Of a stretch of 28,862 nucleotides of DNA, positions 9,410 through 18,267 are shown in pieces (within the stretch, counting starts at the first letter, position 1; every line of letters starts with the position of its first letter). The translations under genes were made by a program, and so were the position numbers. The stretch spans positions 1 to 28,862 of the forward strand of contig CAYWEU010000087.1 in the NCBI GenBank assembly GCA_964457395.1, read 5' to 3'. The DNA comes from an uncultured Candidatus Peribacteria bacterium. Its GTDB lineage: Bacteria; Patescibacteriota; Gracilibacteria; Peribacterales; Peribacteraceae. The notes below the pieces were generated by a model. It saw nothing but the letters and a program-made list of their open reading frames with translations. It was not told where the DNA came from and made no database searches.

Positions 9410-10324
9410 TCATGCATTATCAGAATCTTCTCGAGACGAAATCTCTCCAGGAATGGAATAGATCATGACATAGGCGTCTTCGCCATCCTCAAAGTGTTTC
9501 GGCAGCGTTTCTGTTGCGCGGAAATTCTGGGAGCGTAAGAAAATTTGCCCATCAAGATCCGTCTCTCTCAATTGAAACTGAATCTGAGTGCGCCTATGGC
9601 TCGAAAGTTTGCCGACTAGTTTCTGGATCATCTGCGAGCCGACACCCAGACCACGACAGTGAGGCGCCACTCCCATATTGATCACTTCTAAATAACTTTT
9701 ATGCAGCTCATATATCATGAAGCCGATTATCACATCTTGGCATTCAGACACCATGCCTATGCAGTTTCGCAAGCGCAAAGCTTGAATAAAATCATCTTCA
9801 AGCCAGGGATAGTCGCAACTCAACTGCTCTATTGTCAGAACTTCGGGCATGTCTCTACGGGTCATCCATCGAATATCCACACACGCTTTCCCGATTTTTA
9901 CCTTCTTCTCAGGCAGAAGATACTCTTGTTTCACGTTCTGCAGCGAGTGTGGACTTCGGGGCATTCGCATATGGATCAACGCGGCATCGAGCAGGATATT
10001 CATTTCTTGCAAGATCACCTGTATCCGCTGAACAGAAGCAATCGGACTCAATGCATTGAGTCGTATGCGAAAGTCCCAAGCAAATTCCGGTGGCAGCCTG
10101 ACCATCACCTGCTTGTCTTTCAGAATATTGCTTCCGCTTTCTTGCAGTCGCTTCGCCAATGAAGCGAAGTCCGCCATTCTGCCATCGACGATGTTTTGTA
10201 TATCCGCAAGCGCCGTACGCACATGGAACTTTCCTCGTTCAGCGACTTCGTCGTTCTCCAAGTCTCTATTACTCAGTACATCAACAGCATTCTCTCTCCG
10301 GCCTATGTGCTTCTGTCCTGACAT
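9410..10324 (-). CDS. RimI-like GNAT N-acetyltransferase with about 150-aa N-terminal extension
   Basis: C-terminal half contains IRWMTRRDMPEVLTIEQ, LRLRNCIGMV, GFMIYELHK, VAPHCRGLGVG and EDAYVM. TAAAAT lies 6 nt upstream of the ATG. Confidence 0.88.
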   Translation of the reverse strand: MSGQKHIGRRENAVDVLSNRDLENDEVAERGKFHVRTALADIQNIVDGRMADFASLAKRLQESGSNILKDKQVMVRLPPEFAWDFRIRLNALSPIASVQRIQVILQEMNILLDAALIHMRMPRSPHSLQNVKQEYLLPEKKVKIGKACVDIRWMTRRDMPEVLTIEQLSCDYPWLEDDFIQALRLRNCIGMVSECQDVIIGFMIYELHKSYLEVINMGVAPHCRGLGVGSQMIQKLVGKLSSHRRTQIQFQLRETDLDGQIFLRSQNFRATETLPKHFEDGEDAYVMIYSIPGEISSREDSDNA

Positions 10325-10409
10325 ACCATAATTTTATAGCTCAATTGTACGATAATACAAGAATACCAAAATTTTGCGTGCGATTGACCCTTCTGCAAGC
10401 CAAGAAATC

Positions 10410-11624
10410 CTACTCATATCTCAACGCCTCCATAGGACTCAGATTCGCAGCTCGACGCGCCGGGTACAACCCAAAGATGAGCCCGGTCGAGACAGCCATG
10501 ACAACCGCGAGAACTATGGCCCAAAAGGACAGCACGAAAGAAAATTCTCCCAGCAGGCTGTTGGCCATGTACGAAAGCAGCCAGCCGAAGCCTATGCCAA
10601 GAACAATGCCGATGATGCCGCCGGTGAGAGTCAACGACACGGCCTCGAGCAAAAACTGCAGCAAGATGTCTTGCTTGCGCGCACCCAGAGCTTTGCGCAA
10701 GCCGATCTCGCGCGTGCGCTCGGTCACGGAGACCAGCATGATGTTCATGATGCCGATGCCGCCAACGATGAGCGAGATGCCCGCCACAAGCGACAAGAAG
10801 ATCGTGAGTCCCATGGTGACAGAGCTCACGATGCCGGTGATTTGTTCCGCGGAACGGGCGACGAAGTCATCTTTGTCCGGGTCATTGGCGGGGTTTTTGA
10901 TGCGGTGTTGCTGGCGCAAGACCATGGTGATGTCCTGCTTCGCAACGTCGGCGTCGCCGACGGACTTGAGCGTCATGTAGGTCAGGTACTTCTGCCCGGT
11001 TGCTGCGCGAGCCGTAGAAAACGGTATGTATACGGGCTTGTCCAAGTCTTGCAGCAAGAGCGAGCCCAAGCTTTGCAGTGTGCCAATGACGGTGTACGAC
11101 GACTCACCGATAGACACTCGCTTGCCGATGGGGTCGAGGTTGCCAAACAAATCGGTCGCTGTTTGTGCCGAGAGCACTGCAACGGACTTAGCACCCTGCT
11201 CGTCGGTATCGGACAGCAGTCTGCCTCTGTCGAGCTTTAGGCTGTAGTTGGCAAAAATCTCGCGCTTGGTGCCCATGATCATCGGACTGGCTTCTTCTTT
11301 GCCGTACTTCACAGGTTTTCCGACCAAGATGACCGGCGCAACGCTCTCGACCGTCGAGAGTTTTCGAATCTGTTCGTAGTCATCGACTGTGAGCGAGTCC
11401 AAGTTGCCGCCAAATTTCTCGAGTCCGGTCGGAAAGATATCAATCGTGTTCGTACCAATCGAGTCGATTTGCTCAAGAATATAGTTTTGGAAACTGCGCC
11501 CCACGGAGACCATGAGCACGACGGAACCAACACCGATGATGATGCCGAGCATGGTGAGCAGCGACCGTTTTTTGTTGACGGTGATGCCCGCGAAAGCCGT
11601 AGTGATGAGGTCGGAGAGAAGCAT
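10410..11624 (-). CDS. ABC exporter permease, MacB/FtsX family (second copy)
   Basis: Contains RSLLTMLGIIIGVGSVV, a periplasmic domain, GGIGIMNIMLVSVTERTREIGLRKALGA and PARRAANLSPMEALRYE. Confidence 0.93.
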   Translation of the reverse strand: MLLSDLITTAFAGITVNKKRSLLTMLGIIIGVGSVVLMVSVGRSFQNYILEQIDSIGTNTIDIFPTGLEKFGGNLDSLTVDDYEQIRKLSTVESVAPVILVGKPVKYGKEEASPMIMGTKREIFANYSLKLDRGRLLSDTDEQGAKSVAVLSAQTATDLFGNLDPIGKRVSIGESSYTVIGTLQSLGSLLLQDLDKPVYIPFSTARAATGQKYLTYMTLKSVGDADVAKQDITMVLRQQHRIKNPANDPDKDDFVARSAEQITGIVSSVTMGLTIFLSLVAGISLIVGGIGIMNIMLVSVTERTREIGLRKALGARKQDILLQFLLEAVSLTLTGGIIGIVLGIGFGWLLSYMANSLLGEFSFVLSFWAIVLAVVMAVSTGLIFGLYPARRAANLSPMEALRYE

Positions 11625-11654
11625 TGAAAGAAGTTGGACGAAGGGTACTAATAC

Positions 11655-12881
11655 TTATTCATAACGCAAAGCTTCCATCGGATGCAGCGCCGCTGCCTTT
11701 CTTGCTGGGGAAATGCCAAAAACAATACCAGTAATGACAGCCATCAGTAGAGACACGACGATCGCTCCGGTCGACACGCTAAAATGATATGTGGAGAGCA
11801 AGCTGCCAACGAGCAGTGACGCGAAAAACGCGAGCACGATGCCGAGCACAATGCCGATGATTCCGCCGATGACCGTGAGCACGATCGACTCGCAGAGAAA
11901 CTGCAGCAAGATGTCTCGATGCAAGGCACCCAGCGCCTTGCGCAGGCCGATCTCGCGCGTGCGCTCCGTCACGGAGACCAACATGATGTTCATGATGCCG
12001 ATGCCGCCGACAACCAGCGAGATCGTGGCGATGGTCGTGATGAACGCCGTGAGGCCAACAGAGACAATGCTGAGGATCTGGCTGGCTTGTTCGGATGAGC
12101 GCACGATAAAGTCGTCTTCCGTCGGGTCGTCAATCGGATTGTCGATGTTGTGTCGCTGCCGAAGCAATGATTTAACGTCATCGAACGCGATGTCGAAGCT
12201 GCCGGTGGCCTTCATGGTGATGTAATTGACGAACTTCTGGCCGGTGACGATTTTCGCGAGCGTGAACGGAACGTAGATGCGGTCGTCGGCGTTCTGGAAA
12301 AACTGAGAACCGAGCGGCTTGGACAGGCCGATGACGGTGTAATGCTGTTCGCCAATCTTGACGCGCTTGCCGATGGGGTCCGTGAGTCCGAACAGTTTCT
12401 CCTGCGCATCAGGAGCGAGCACCGCAACGGACTTGGCACCGTTGTTGTCGCTCGCATCCAGAAAGCGGCCACGCTCGGGTGCGATGTTCTGGTTCTCGAA
12501 GAATTCCGTCGTCACGCCGAAGACCTGCGGATGCGCTTCTTCGTTGCCGTACGACGAAGTGCCCGGGATAAACACCACCGGCGCGACAGTCGTGATGGTC
12601 TTGAGTTTTTCCAGCTCGCGCACATCCTCGAACGTCAGGCTGTCATGGCCGGTGGATACGGCGTTGGGGCCGCCTTGCTGCTGACCGGGGAAGATGACCA
12701 TGCTTTTGGCTCCGAGACTGCTGATTTGACCCAGTATGACGCCTTTCATGCTATCCCCTATCGAGCTCATGAGCACGACGGAACCAACACCGATGATGAT
12801 GCCGAGCATGGTCAGTAGCGACCGTCCGACGTTGGCAGTCACACCTTTGAAGGCCGAATGGAAGGTATCGTTGAGACGCAT
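11655..12881 (-). CDS. ABC exporter permease, MacB/FtsX family (first copy)
   Basis: Same MacB motifs as the downstream paralog, ending PARKAAALHPMEALRYE. Confidence 0.93.
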   Translation of the reverse strand: MRLNDTFHSAFKGVTANVGRSLLTMLGIIIGVGSVVLMSSIGDSMKGVILGQISSLGAKSMVIFPGQQQGGPNAVSTGHDSLTFEDVRELEKLKTITTVAPVVFIPGTSSYGNEEAHPQVFGVTTEFFENQNIAPERGRFLDASDNNGAKSVAVLAPDAQEKLFGLTDPIGKRVKIGEQHYTVIGLSKPLGSQFFQNADDRIYVPFTLAKIVTGQKFVNYITMKATGSFDIAFDDVKSLLRQRHNIDNPIDDPTEDDFIVRSSEQASQILSIVSVGLTAFITTIATISLVVGGIGIMNIMLVSVTERTREIGLRKALGALHRDILLQFLCESIVLTVIGGIIGIVLGIVLAFFASLLVGSLLSTYHFSVSTGAIVVSLLMAVITGIVFGISPARKAAALHPMEALRYE

Positions 12882-12886
12882 GCGCG

Positions 12887-12930
12887 AAAATTTGAAATTT
12901 GAAATTTACAATTTTTAATTATTTCAATTT
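12887..12930. repeat. Heptamer-periodic array (GAAATTT type) containing the ATPase stop codon
   Basis: AAAATTT GAAATTT GAAATTT ACAATTT TTAATTA. The minus-strand TAA at 12919-12921 lies within it. Confidence 0.65.
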
Positions 12931-13644
12931 GTTACTCCTTCCTGCAATGACTCGCGCAAAATCTTTTTTATCAGACTCAATTCTCCCATCTTTGATTCTG
13001 ATGATCCTGCGCGCATGTGCCGCAGTCGCGCTCTCGTGAGTCACCAGGATGATGGTGTGACCGTCTTCGTTGAGTTTCTGCAGCGCCTGCATCACCGCGA
13101 TGCCGGACGCGGAGTCCAGGTTGCCTGTGGGCTCATCGGCGAAGATGACATCCGGGTCTGTCACCAGAGAACGGGCGATGGCCACACGCTGCTTCTGTCC
13201 GCCGGAGAGCTGGCTGCTCAGATAATCTTTGCGATCGGTCAGACCTACGGCTTCCACTGCCTTGAGCGCCCTTTCGAGCCGCTGCGACTCCGGAATCGTC
13301 GGGTGGTAGAGCAGAGGCAGCAACACGTTTTGCAGCACAGTCGTCCTGGGCAGCAAATTAAACGCTTGAAAGACGAAACTGACTCTGGTTGCGCGTATTC
13401 GCGCAAGTGCGTCATCGTTCATGTTTATCGTCGGCTCGCCCTGGAACAAATACTGCCCGCCGGTCTGCATGTCGAGAAATCCAAGAATGTGCATCAGTGT
13501 CGACTTGCCAGACCCCGAGGGTCCCATGATCGCCACGAACTCGCCTTTCTCGATGGTTACATTGATATCGAACAGCACGGGGGTTTCTACTTCGTCATTG
13601 AAATACGATTTCGAGAGATTGATGGTTTGAATGAGAGAGGACAT
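12919..13644 (-). CDS. ABC transporter ATP-binding protein (LolD/MacB-type)
   Basis: Walker [10 protein letters not shown], signature [15 protein letters not shown], Walker [13 protein letters not shown]-loop VTHE. Confidence 0.96.
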   Translation of the reverse strand: MSSLIQTINLSKSYFNDEVETPVLFDINVTIEKGEFVAIMGPSGSGKSTLMHILGFLDMQTGGQYLFQGEPTINMNDDALARIRATRVSFVFQAFNLLPRTTVLQNVLLPLLYHPTIPESQRLERALKAVEAVGLTDRKDYLSSQLSGGQKQRVAIARSLVTDPDVIFADEPTGNLDSASGIAVMQALQKLNEDGHTIILVTHESATAAHARRIIRIKDGRIESDKKDFARVIAGRSNKLK

Positions 13645-13653
13645 GAGTGCGAC

Positions 13654-13751
13654 AGAATTACGAATTAGGAATTAAGGAATTAGGAGTACGTATTGATTCT
13701 GAATAAAATTTCTGAATGATGACAAGTGGAGAATTCTTAATTCTTAATTCG
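13654..13751. repeat. Inverted heptamer-periodic element (GAATTA type) between MFP and ATPase genes
   Basis: Left arm AGAATTA CGAATTA GGAATTA (A)GGAATTA; right arm GAATTCT TAATTCT TAATTCG is reverse-complementary to left-arm units. The MFP's last codons ITN* lie in the right arm. Confidence 0.8.
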
Positions 13752-15507
13752 TGATCAACACAATCACAGTTTCCCCTTCCTCCACTCCACTGACTTCTCT
13801 ATATCCTCCTTCGGCGTCCATGCCGGTTTGCACCGTGCGCTCTTCGACGGTTTTGCCATCGGGTTTGAGGATCCGAACGACCTTGGCGCCATCTGCATTG
13901 TCGAGCACAGCTCGCTGCGGCACGCTCATGACTCCCTGGCGCATGCCAGTGATGATGCGCGCGTCGCCCGTCATGCCGATCTTGAGTTCGTCATGCGTGT
14001 GACGAAAGTCCAGCTTGACGCGATACTTGGACACGCCGTCGCGATCAGTCGGCGCTGCGTCGATATCGCTGACGTACAACTGGAAGTTCGTCCCACGAAA
14101 GGCATCGAGCTCTATGGAACCACTCTGTGTGGCCAGGACCTTGGGCACGTCGATCTCCGACACGAACATCTCGATGCGGTACGGGCTGTCACCGAGCATG
14201 GTGACTGCAGAGTCGGCCGGACGCATCTCGCCGGCTTTGACGCTGACTTTCGTAATGACACCGTCGACCGGAGCACGCAAAATCGTATCGTTGTACTGCG
14301 CCGAGGCGCGCGCAACGTCGGCCTGCGCCTGACGCACGCGTGCGCGAGCGGCGTCGACATCCGTCTGGCGTGGCGGAGCACGCTTGAGGTCCAGCTGCGC
14401 TTGATCGATCCTCAGCGACGTTTCGTACGTAGTGATATCAGCCTTGGCCTTGTCACGCGTACCCTTGAGCGATGACACCGTACTTTCTTCTGTGATGATC
14501 CTGGTGTCAAAATTCGCCGATGCGTCACGAAGACTCTTGATAGCGGCATCGAGTTTGGCAAGTGCTGCCTGCATGCTCGTGCGCTGGGCAGCGAGTGTCG
14601 CCAGATGCGTTTCTTTGCCCGTGTTGGTCAAGTAACTCGTGGTCGCCAAGGCGGAGACAACGTCATACGCCCGGTTCAACGCGTCCGATGATTGTCCGAC
14701 TGCGAGACGCGATGCTTCGAGTGAACGCAACGCCGACTGGTAATCGAGCGCCGTGGACGCATGCTGCTGAGCAGCATCGATCGCCAGTTCGGCCGCATCG
14801 CGTTGCTTGCGCATCAGCTCGTACTGGAGCGTGCCCGACTTGATCACCGCATCTTGGATGTCATTGCTGTTGAAGACCGACGAAATCGTGATCATTGCGG
14901 TTTTCGCGACAGCCAGCTGCTGCGTGATCGTGCTGCTCGCTGTGGCGACTTCTCCGGACAGACTGATCGATGTTTCGGACCTCAGCGAAGCCAACTTCTG
15001 CTCGGAGAGTTTCAAACTGTCCTCGGCATTCTTGAGCGTCTGTTTGGCGCCATCGAGCGATGCGCGCTTGTTGGCGACTTGCGCTTCGTAGATAGCGATG
15101 TCCTCGGGCCTGGACCCCTGCTCCAATGCTTGCATTTGGGCCACTGCCGACTGCAAGTTTGCCGACGCACTCGCTACACTCGCCGCCAGGCTTCCCGCGC
15201 GAAGAGCTGCAAGTACTTGCCCTGCCTTCACGTTGTCTCCTTCTCTGACAGAGACGCTTGCAACGACGTCCATCATCGGAAACTGCAACCGCAGATCACG
15301 CTCAGAGACAACTGTTCCAACGGCTTCAACTGTCTGCACCAAGTCGCCCTTCACTACTTTTGCCGTAACGTACGTTGGCTGCCTAGGTCCCGAAGCGGCG
15401 TATGCGACTCCACCAATGAGCAACACAACGAGAATAGCAATCGAAGTTTTTGGTCGTCGACGGGCCACGGCCCATGCTTTTTTTGGATAGGCGAGAATGG
15501 TACTCAT
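13744..15507 (-). CDS. Periplasmic adaptor (MacA/RND-type membrane fusion protein) with long coiled coil
   Basis: N-terminal TM, lipoyl halves (VASVSVREGDNVKAGQVLA; ILRAPVDGVITKV), about 330-aa helical hairpin, LKIGMTGDARI and VPQRAV. Confidence 0.92.
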   Translation of the reverse strand: MSTILAYPKKAWAVARRRPKTSIAILVVLLIGGVAYAASGPRQPTYVTAKVVKGDLVQTVEAVGTVVSERDLRLQFPMMDVVASVSVREGDNVKAGQVLAALRAGSLAASVASASANLQSAVAQMQALEQGSRPEDIAIYEAQVANKRASLDGAKQTLKNAEDSLKLSEQKLASLRSETSISLSGEVATASSTITQQLAVAKTAMITISSVFNSNDIQDAVIKSGTLQYELMRKQRDAAELAIDAAQQHASTALDYQSALRSLEASRLAVGQSSDALNRAYDVVSALATTSYLTNTGKETHLATLAAQRTSMQAALAKLDAAIKSLRDASANFDTRIITEESTVSSLKGTRDKAKADITTYETSLRIDQAQLDLKRAPPRQTDVDAARARVRQAQADVARASAQYNDTILRAPVDGVITKVSVKAGEMRPADSAVTMLGDSPYRIEMFVSEIDVPKVLATQSGSIELDAFRGTNFQLYVSDIDAAPTDRDGVSKYRVKLDFRHTHDELKIGMTGDARIITGMRQGVMSVPQRAVLDNADGAKVVRILKPDGKTVEERTVQTGMDAEGGYREVSGVEEGETVIVLITN

Positions 15508-15953
15508 ACGGAAGTGCGGAAATGGGAATCGAGTAATTGCTTGAAGATACGAGCAAGTTCGCGCTGGTCTTTTGCAGGAAGAATGTCGATGACCTCGCGC
15601 ATCAGCCGTTGCTTCTCTCGCAGTTTCGTCTTCATCATGCGCAGGCCAGCGGCAGTCAGATGCAACCGAACCAGTTTGCGATTGGTGGGATCGGATGAGC
15701 GTCGTACCAATGTGCCTCGCACCAACCGGTTTACGAACGCAGTCGCCGTGGGCGCAGTGACCATCAACGACTGTGCAAGTTCTTTCATCGTTAAACCCTT
15801 GTGCTCATCAATCAAGAACAGTGCATGGATTTGCAACCAGTTGACATGATCGTTGCCGGAAGCCCGGGTCATCTTGGATCGCATGAGTCGGCTGATGCCA
15901 AACAGCAAGGCTATCACCTGGTCGGCATGGTTGCTGGAAATTTTTTTAGACAT
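15504..15953 (-). CDS. MarR-family transcriptional regulator
   Basis: Winged HTH pattern LTMKELAQSLMVTAPTATAFVNRLVRGTLVRRSSDPTNRKLVRLHLT. ATGA overlap with the MFP gene. Confidence 0.93.
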   Translation of the reverse strand: MSKKISSNHADQVIALLFGISRLMRSKMTRASGNDHVNWLQIHALFLIDEHKGLTMKELAQSLMVTAPTATAFVNRLVRGTLVRRSSDPTNRKLVRLHLTAAGLRMMKTKLREKQRLMREVIDILPAKDQRELARIFKQLLDSHFRTSV

Positions 15954-15988
15954 CGAATGATACGAAAGTGAAATGATTAGAGTGGCAA

Positions 15989-16017
15989 AGTATAGTTATC
16001 AACAATGATCGTGTCAA
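15989..16017 (-). promoter_or_regulatory. Near-consensus sigma70 promoter of the marR-ABC exporter operon
   Basis: Minus strand reads TTGACA (16017-16012), 17 nt, TATACT (15994-15989). Confidence 0.8.
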
Positions 16018-16085
16018 CGGCTTATGACCTATTGACAATAGCCGTTGTTTCTCCAAAATACGGCACCAATACCCCCAATTCACTC

Positions 16086-16490
16086 ATGTCTGAATCCATG
16101 CTTTCTGGTTCGACACAATCTGATCTTGCGGCAATGAATGATCGTCGTTTGGAGTTGACTGAGCGCAAATACGGAAGAGGTGATCCTTTATCGGGAGAAG
16201 AAGATGCAGAGCTGAGACGAATAGTGACTCAACACTCGATGGATTTTGCAAAGATGCGTCATCTTCCGGATTGGGTGAGCCCTTTGGCGCCACTGCTCGA
16301 TGGCAGCGGTGCTCCGATTTCTATGAGATCGAACATTGCAAAAATATTAGCAGGTGATGAGCGTATCACGCGCGAAGAGCGAGCAGCTGCAGAGTTGGGT
16401 ATTTGGCCCCATGCCACAGCACTGAGTGCTGTGGCTGTGCCTCAACAAGCTCCGAGCACAGGCTATGGCGAATACAACGCCGGACACTAA
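16086..16490 (+). CDS. Hypothetical protein
   Basis: Start moved from 16005 to ATG 16086, because the earlier part overlaps the marR promoter and a plus-strand TTGACA-16-CAAAAT (16032-16059). No recognisable family; ends overlapping the convergent gene by 4 nt. Confidence 0.55.
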   Translation: MSESMLSGSTQSDLAAMNDRRLELTERKYGRGDPLSGEEDAELRRIVTQHSMDFAKMRHLPDWVSPLAPLLDGSGAPISMRSNIAKILAGDERITREERAAAELGIWPHATALSAVAVPQQAPSTGYGEYNAGH

Positions 16491-17317
16491 GGTTTGCTTG
16501 TCTTCAGCTCTTCCAGCGCCAATCGCAATGCTTCCTGCACCGGGCGCATGACAAGGCCTTCTTCAGCAAGTTTTTTCGACGACAGAATGCAGTTGCTGCG
16601 CCCGGTCTTCACTACACTCGGTAAATCCCGCAGTGAAAGCGGCTCACACGGCTGCGAGGCATCTATCACGCGCTGATATTCGCTCATGATGTCGTACGGC
16701 GAGAGCGAGCCGGGGTTGACGACGTTGTAGATACCCGTCGCGCGCTTGTCGATGAGAGTCTGGATAGCAGTCACGAAGTCGGGTAAATACGTGATGGAGT
16801 TTTGCACATCGAGCAGTTTCGTGTATTTCTTGAGTTTGTTGATCAGGTTTCGCTCATGTGCCGTGCCATCGAACGGCATGCGCAGGCGTAGCTGGAGCAC
16901 CGGAAACTCGGCAAGGATACGGTCTGTCCACAGCTTGCTCTTAGCATAGAAGCTGCCGGTGAAGTTCGGCTCGTCTTCCTCTGAAAATCCTGCTCCGCCG
17001 TTGTCGCCCTCGTAAATGCAGCCCGAGCCAATGTGCACCCAATACATACTGCGTTTCGCGCATTCGTCGAGCAACACAAGAGGGCCGGTGACGTTGCTGC
17101 GGATGGTTTCGAGTGTATGCGTCTCGCACCAGTCCACGTTGGGGCGGCCTGTTTTGCCCGCGGCGTTGATGACGATGTCGGGTTTCTCGTTGTCCAGCAA
17201 CGCGCTGACAGCCTGCTGATCGGCAATATCGACGGATGGCATGACAGCATCAGGAAAAGCTATTTTCAAGTGTCCTCCAAGGTAGCCTCTGCCGCCGACG
17301 ATGAGAAGTTTGCTCAT
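16487..17317 (-). CDS. NDP-4-keto-6-deoxyglucose 3,5-epimerase/4-reductase-like SDR (RmlD-like, NRS/ER type)
   Basis: Contains GGRGYLG, NAAGKTGRPNVDWCE, SGCIY, FTGSFYAKSK (YxxxK) and LRLRMP. Start placed at MSKLL (17317), 10 nt after TACCAT. Confidence 0.85.
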   Translation of the reverse strand: MSKLLIVGGRGYLGGHLKIAFPDAVMPSVDIADQQAVSALLDNEKPDIVINAAGKTGRPNVDWCETHTLETIRSNVTGPLVLLDECAKRSMYWVHIGSGCIYEGDNGGAGFSEEDEPNFTGSFYAKSKLWTDRILAEFPVLQLRLRMPFDGTAHERNLINKLKKYTKLLDVQNSITYLPDFVTAIQTLIDKRATGIYNVVNPGSLSPYDIMSEYQRVIDASQPCEPLSLRDLPSVVKTGRSNCILSSKKLAEEGLVMRPVQEALRLALEELKTSKP

Positions 17318-17357
17318 TGCACGGCCCATGGTAACAGATGGTAAGAGAAAGCTGGAA

Positions 17358-17430
17358 AGAATTAAGAAGTAAGCATTAAGCATTAAGAACAACAAGTATT
17401 CCTAATTCTTACTTCTTAATCCATAATTCC
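17358..17430. repeat. Inverted heptamer-periodic element (AGAATTA type) in a divergent promoter region
   Basis: ATTAAGAAGTAAGCATTA (17361-17378) matches the reverse complement of TAATTCTTACTTCTTAAT (17403-17420) at 17/18 positions; units are in 7-nt phase on both arms. Confidence 0.85.
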
Positions 17431-17434
17431 CGTC

Positions 17435-18145
17435 ATGTCAGGTTCATCGATTCCTCCGCCAATCCCCTATCTCGTTGAGCGAACAAGCAACCGTTGTTCG
17501 CGCGCGATATGCACGCAGGAACACGTGCTGATACGCTTGGCAGGCGGCTTGAGTGTCCGGCAGGAGCAACAGCACATCGAGTCGTTGCTGCGGCGCATCG
17601 GGAAAGCGTTCGTGCGCATGCGGTCCACACAGCTGGTCAACCCGTTTGAGGATATCGTCAAGCATCGGCGAGACACTGTTCTCACACTTGGCGATGGCAA
17701 GCGTCATGTGCTGAAGATCAGCAACGGGAAAACACTACGAGTACGCATCGACGAAACCGGCGACTGGGATGTCCGCCTTCCGGCGTCGTACTCGAAACGG
17801 CGACTGCACAGGCTGCTCTGGCGAGCCCTTGCCGATGCGGAATACGACTCAATCCTGCAGAGACTGCATGCGATCAACGACCGAACGCTGCAGGAGAATA
17901 TTTCTTCGTTTCGACTGCGCTTTGCCAGCTCCAAGTGGGGCAGCTGTTCCAGAAGTGGTGTGATGCTGAATACGGCACTCTTGTTCTTGCCGACAGCGGC
18001 TTTGGATTACGTGATCCTGCATGAACTCTGCCACTTGTCGCACCCGAACCACTCCAAAGCGTTCTGGAACGAAGTCGAACGATGGATGCCGGGGTATAGG
18101 GAAGTATTGAAGATTGTGAGGGGGTATAGATTGACGAAATTGTGA
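17435..18145 (+). CDS. YgjP/DUF45-like zinc metallo-hydrolase (M48/SprT-like HExxH)
   Basis: Contains SKWGSCS and LDYVILHELCHLSHPNHSKAFWNEVERWMP. Confidence 0.88.
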   Translation: MSGSSIPPPIPYLVERTSNRCSRAICTQEHVLIRLAGGLSVRQEQQHIESLLRRIGKAFVRMRSTQLVNPFEDIVKHRRDTVLTLGDGKRHVLKISNGKTLRVRIDETGDWDVRLPASYSKRRLHRLLWRALADAEYDSILQRLHAINDRTLQENISSFRLRFASSKWGSCSRSGVMLNTALLFLPTAALDYVILHELCHLSHPNHSKAFWNEVERWMPGYREVLKIVRGYRLTKL

Positions 18146-18216
18146 GGAAATCGAGGAGATCTTTAAGCAACTCTTCTTCGATTTCCTCGATTTCTTCTCA
18201 ATATTCTTCGATTTCC
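18144..18216. repeat. Inverted nonamer-periodic element (GAGGAAATC type)
   Basis: Left arm GAGGAAATC GAGGAGATC overlaps the ygjP-like stop; right arm TTCTTCGAT TTCCTCGAT ... TTCTTCGAT. Confidence 0.75.
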
Positions 18217-18267
18217 CCCCTCTCGTTGTGCTTTTCCCTTCGTCATCCTTGCGCTACAATCCTGTGC

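Noticed and set aside
8574-10400. Integrative island or prophage at tRNA-Tyr
   Set aside because: No integrase, no duplicated tRNA 3' end (att) was found, and the AT-richer acetyltransferase genes lie on the tRNA's 5' side. Only the possible horizontal origin is retained.
13654-17430. Repeat arrays as CRISPR
   Set aside because: Units are 7-9 nt and contiguous, with no 23-47 nt repeats separated by unique spacers, and no cas genes are present.
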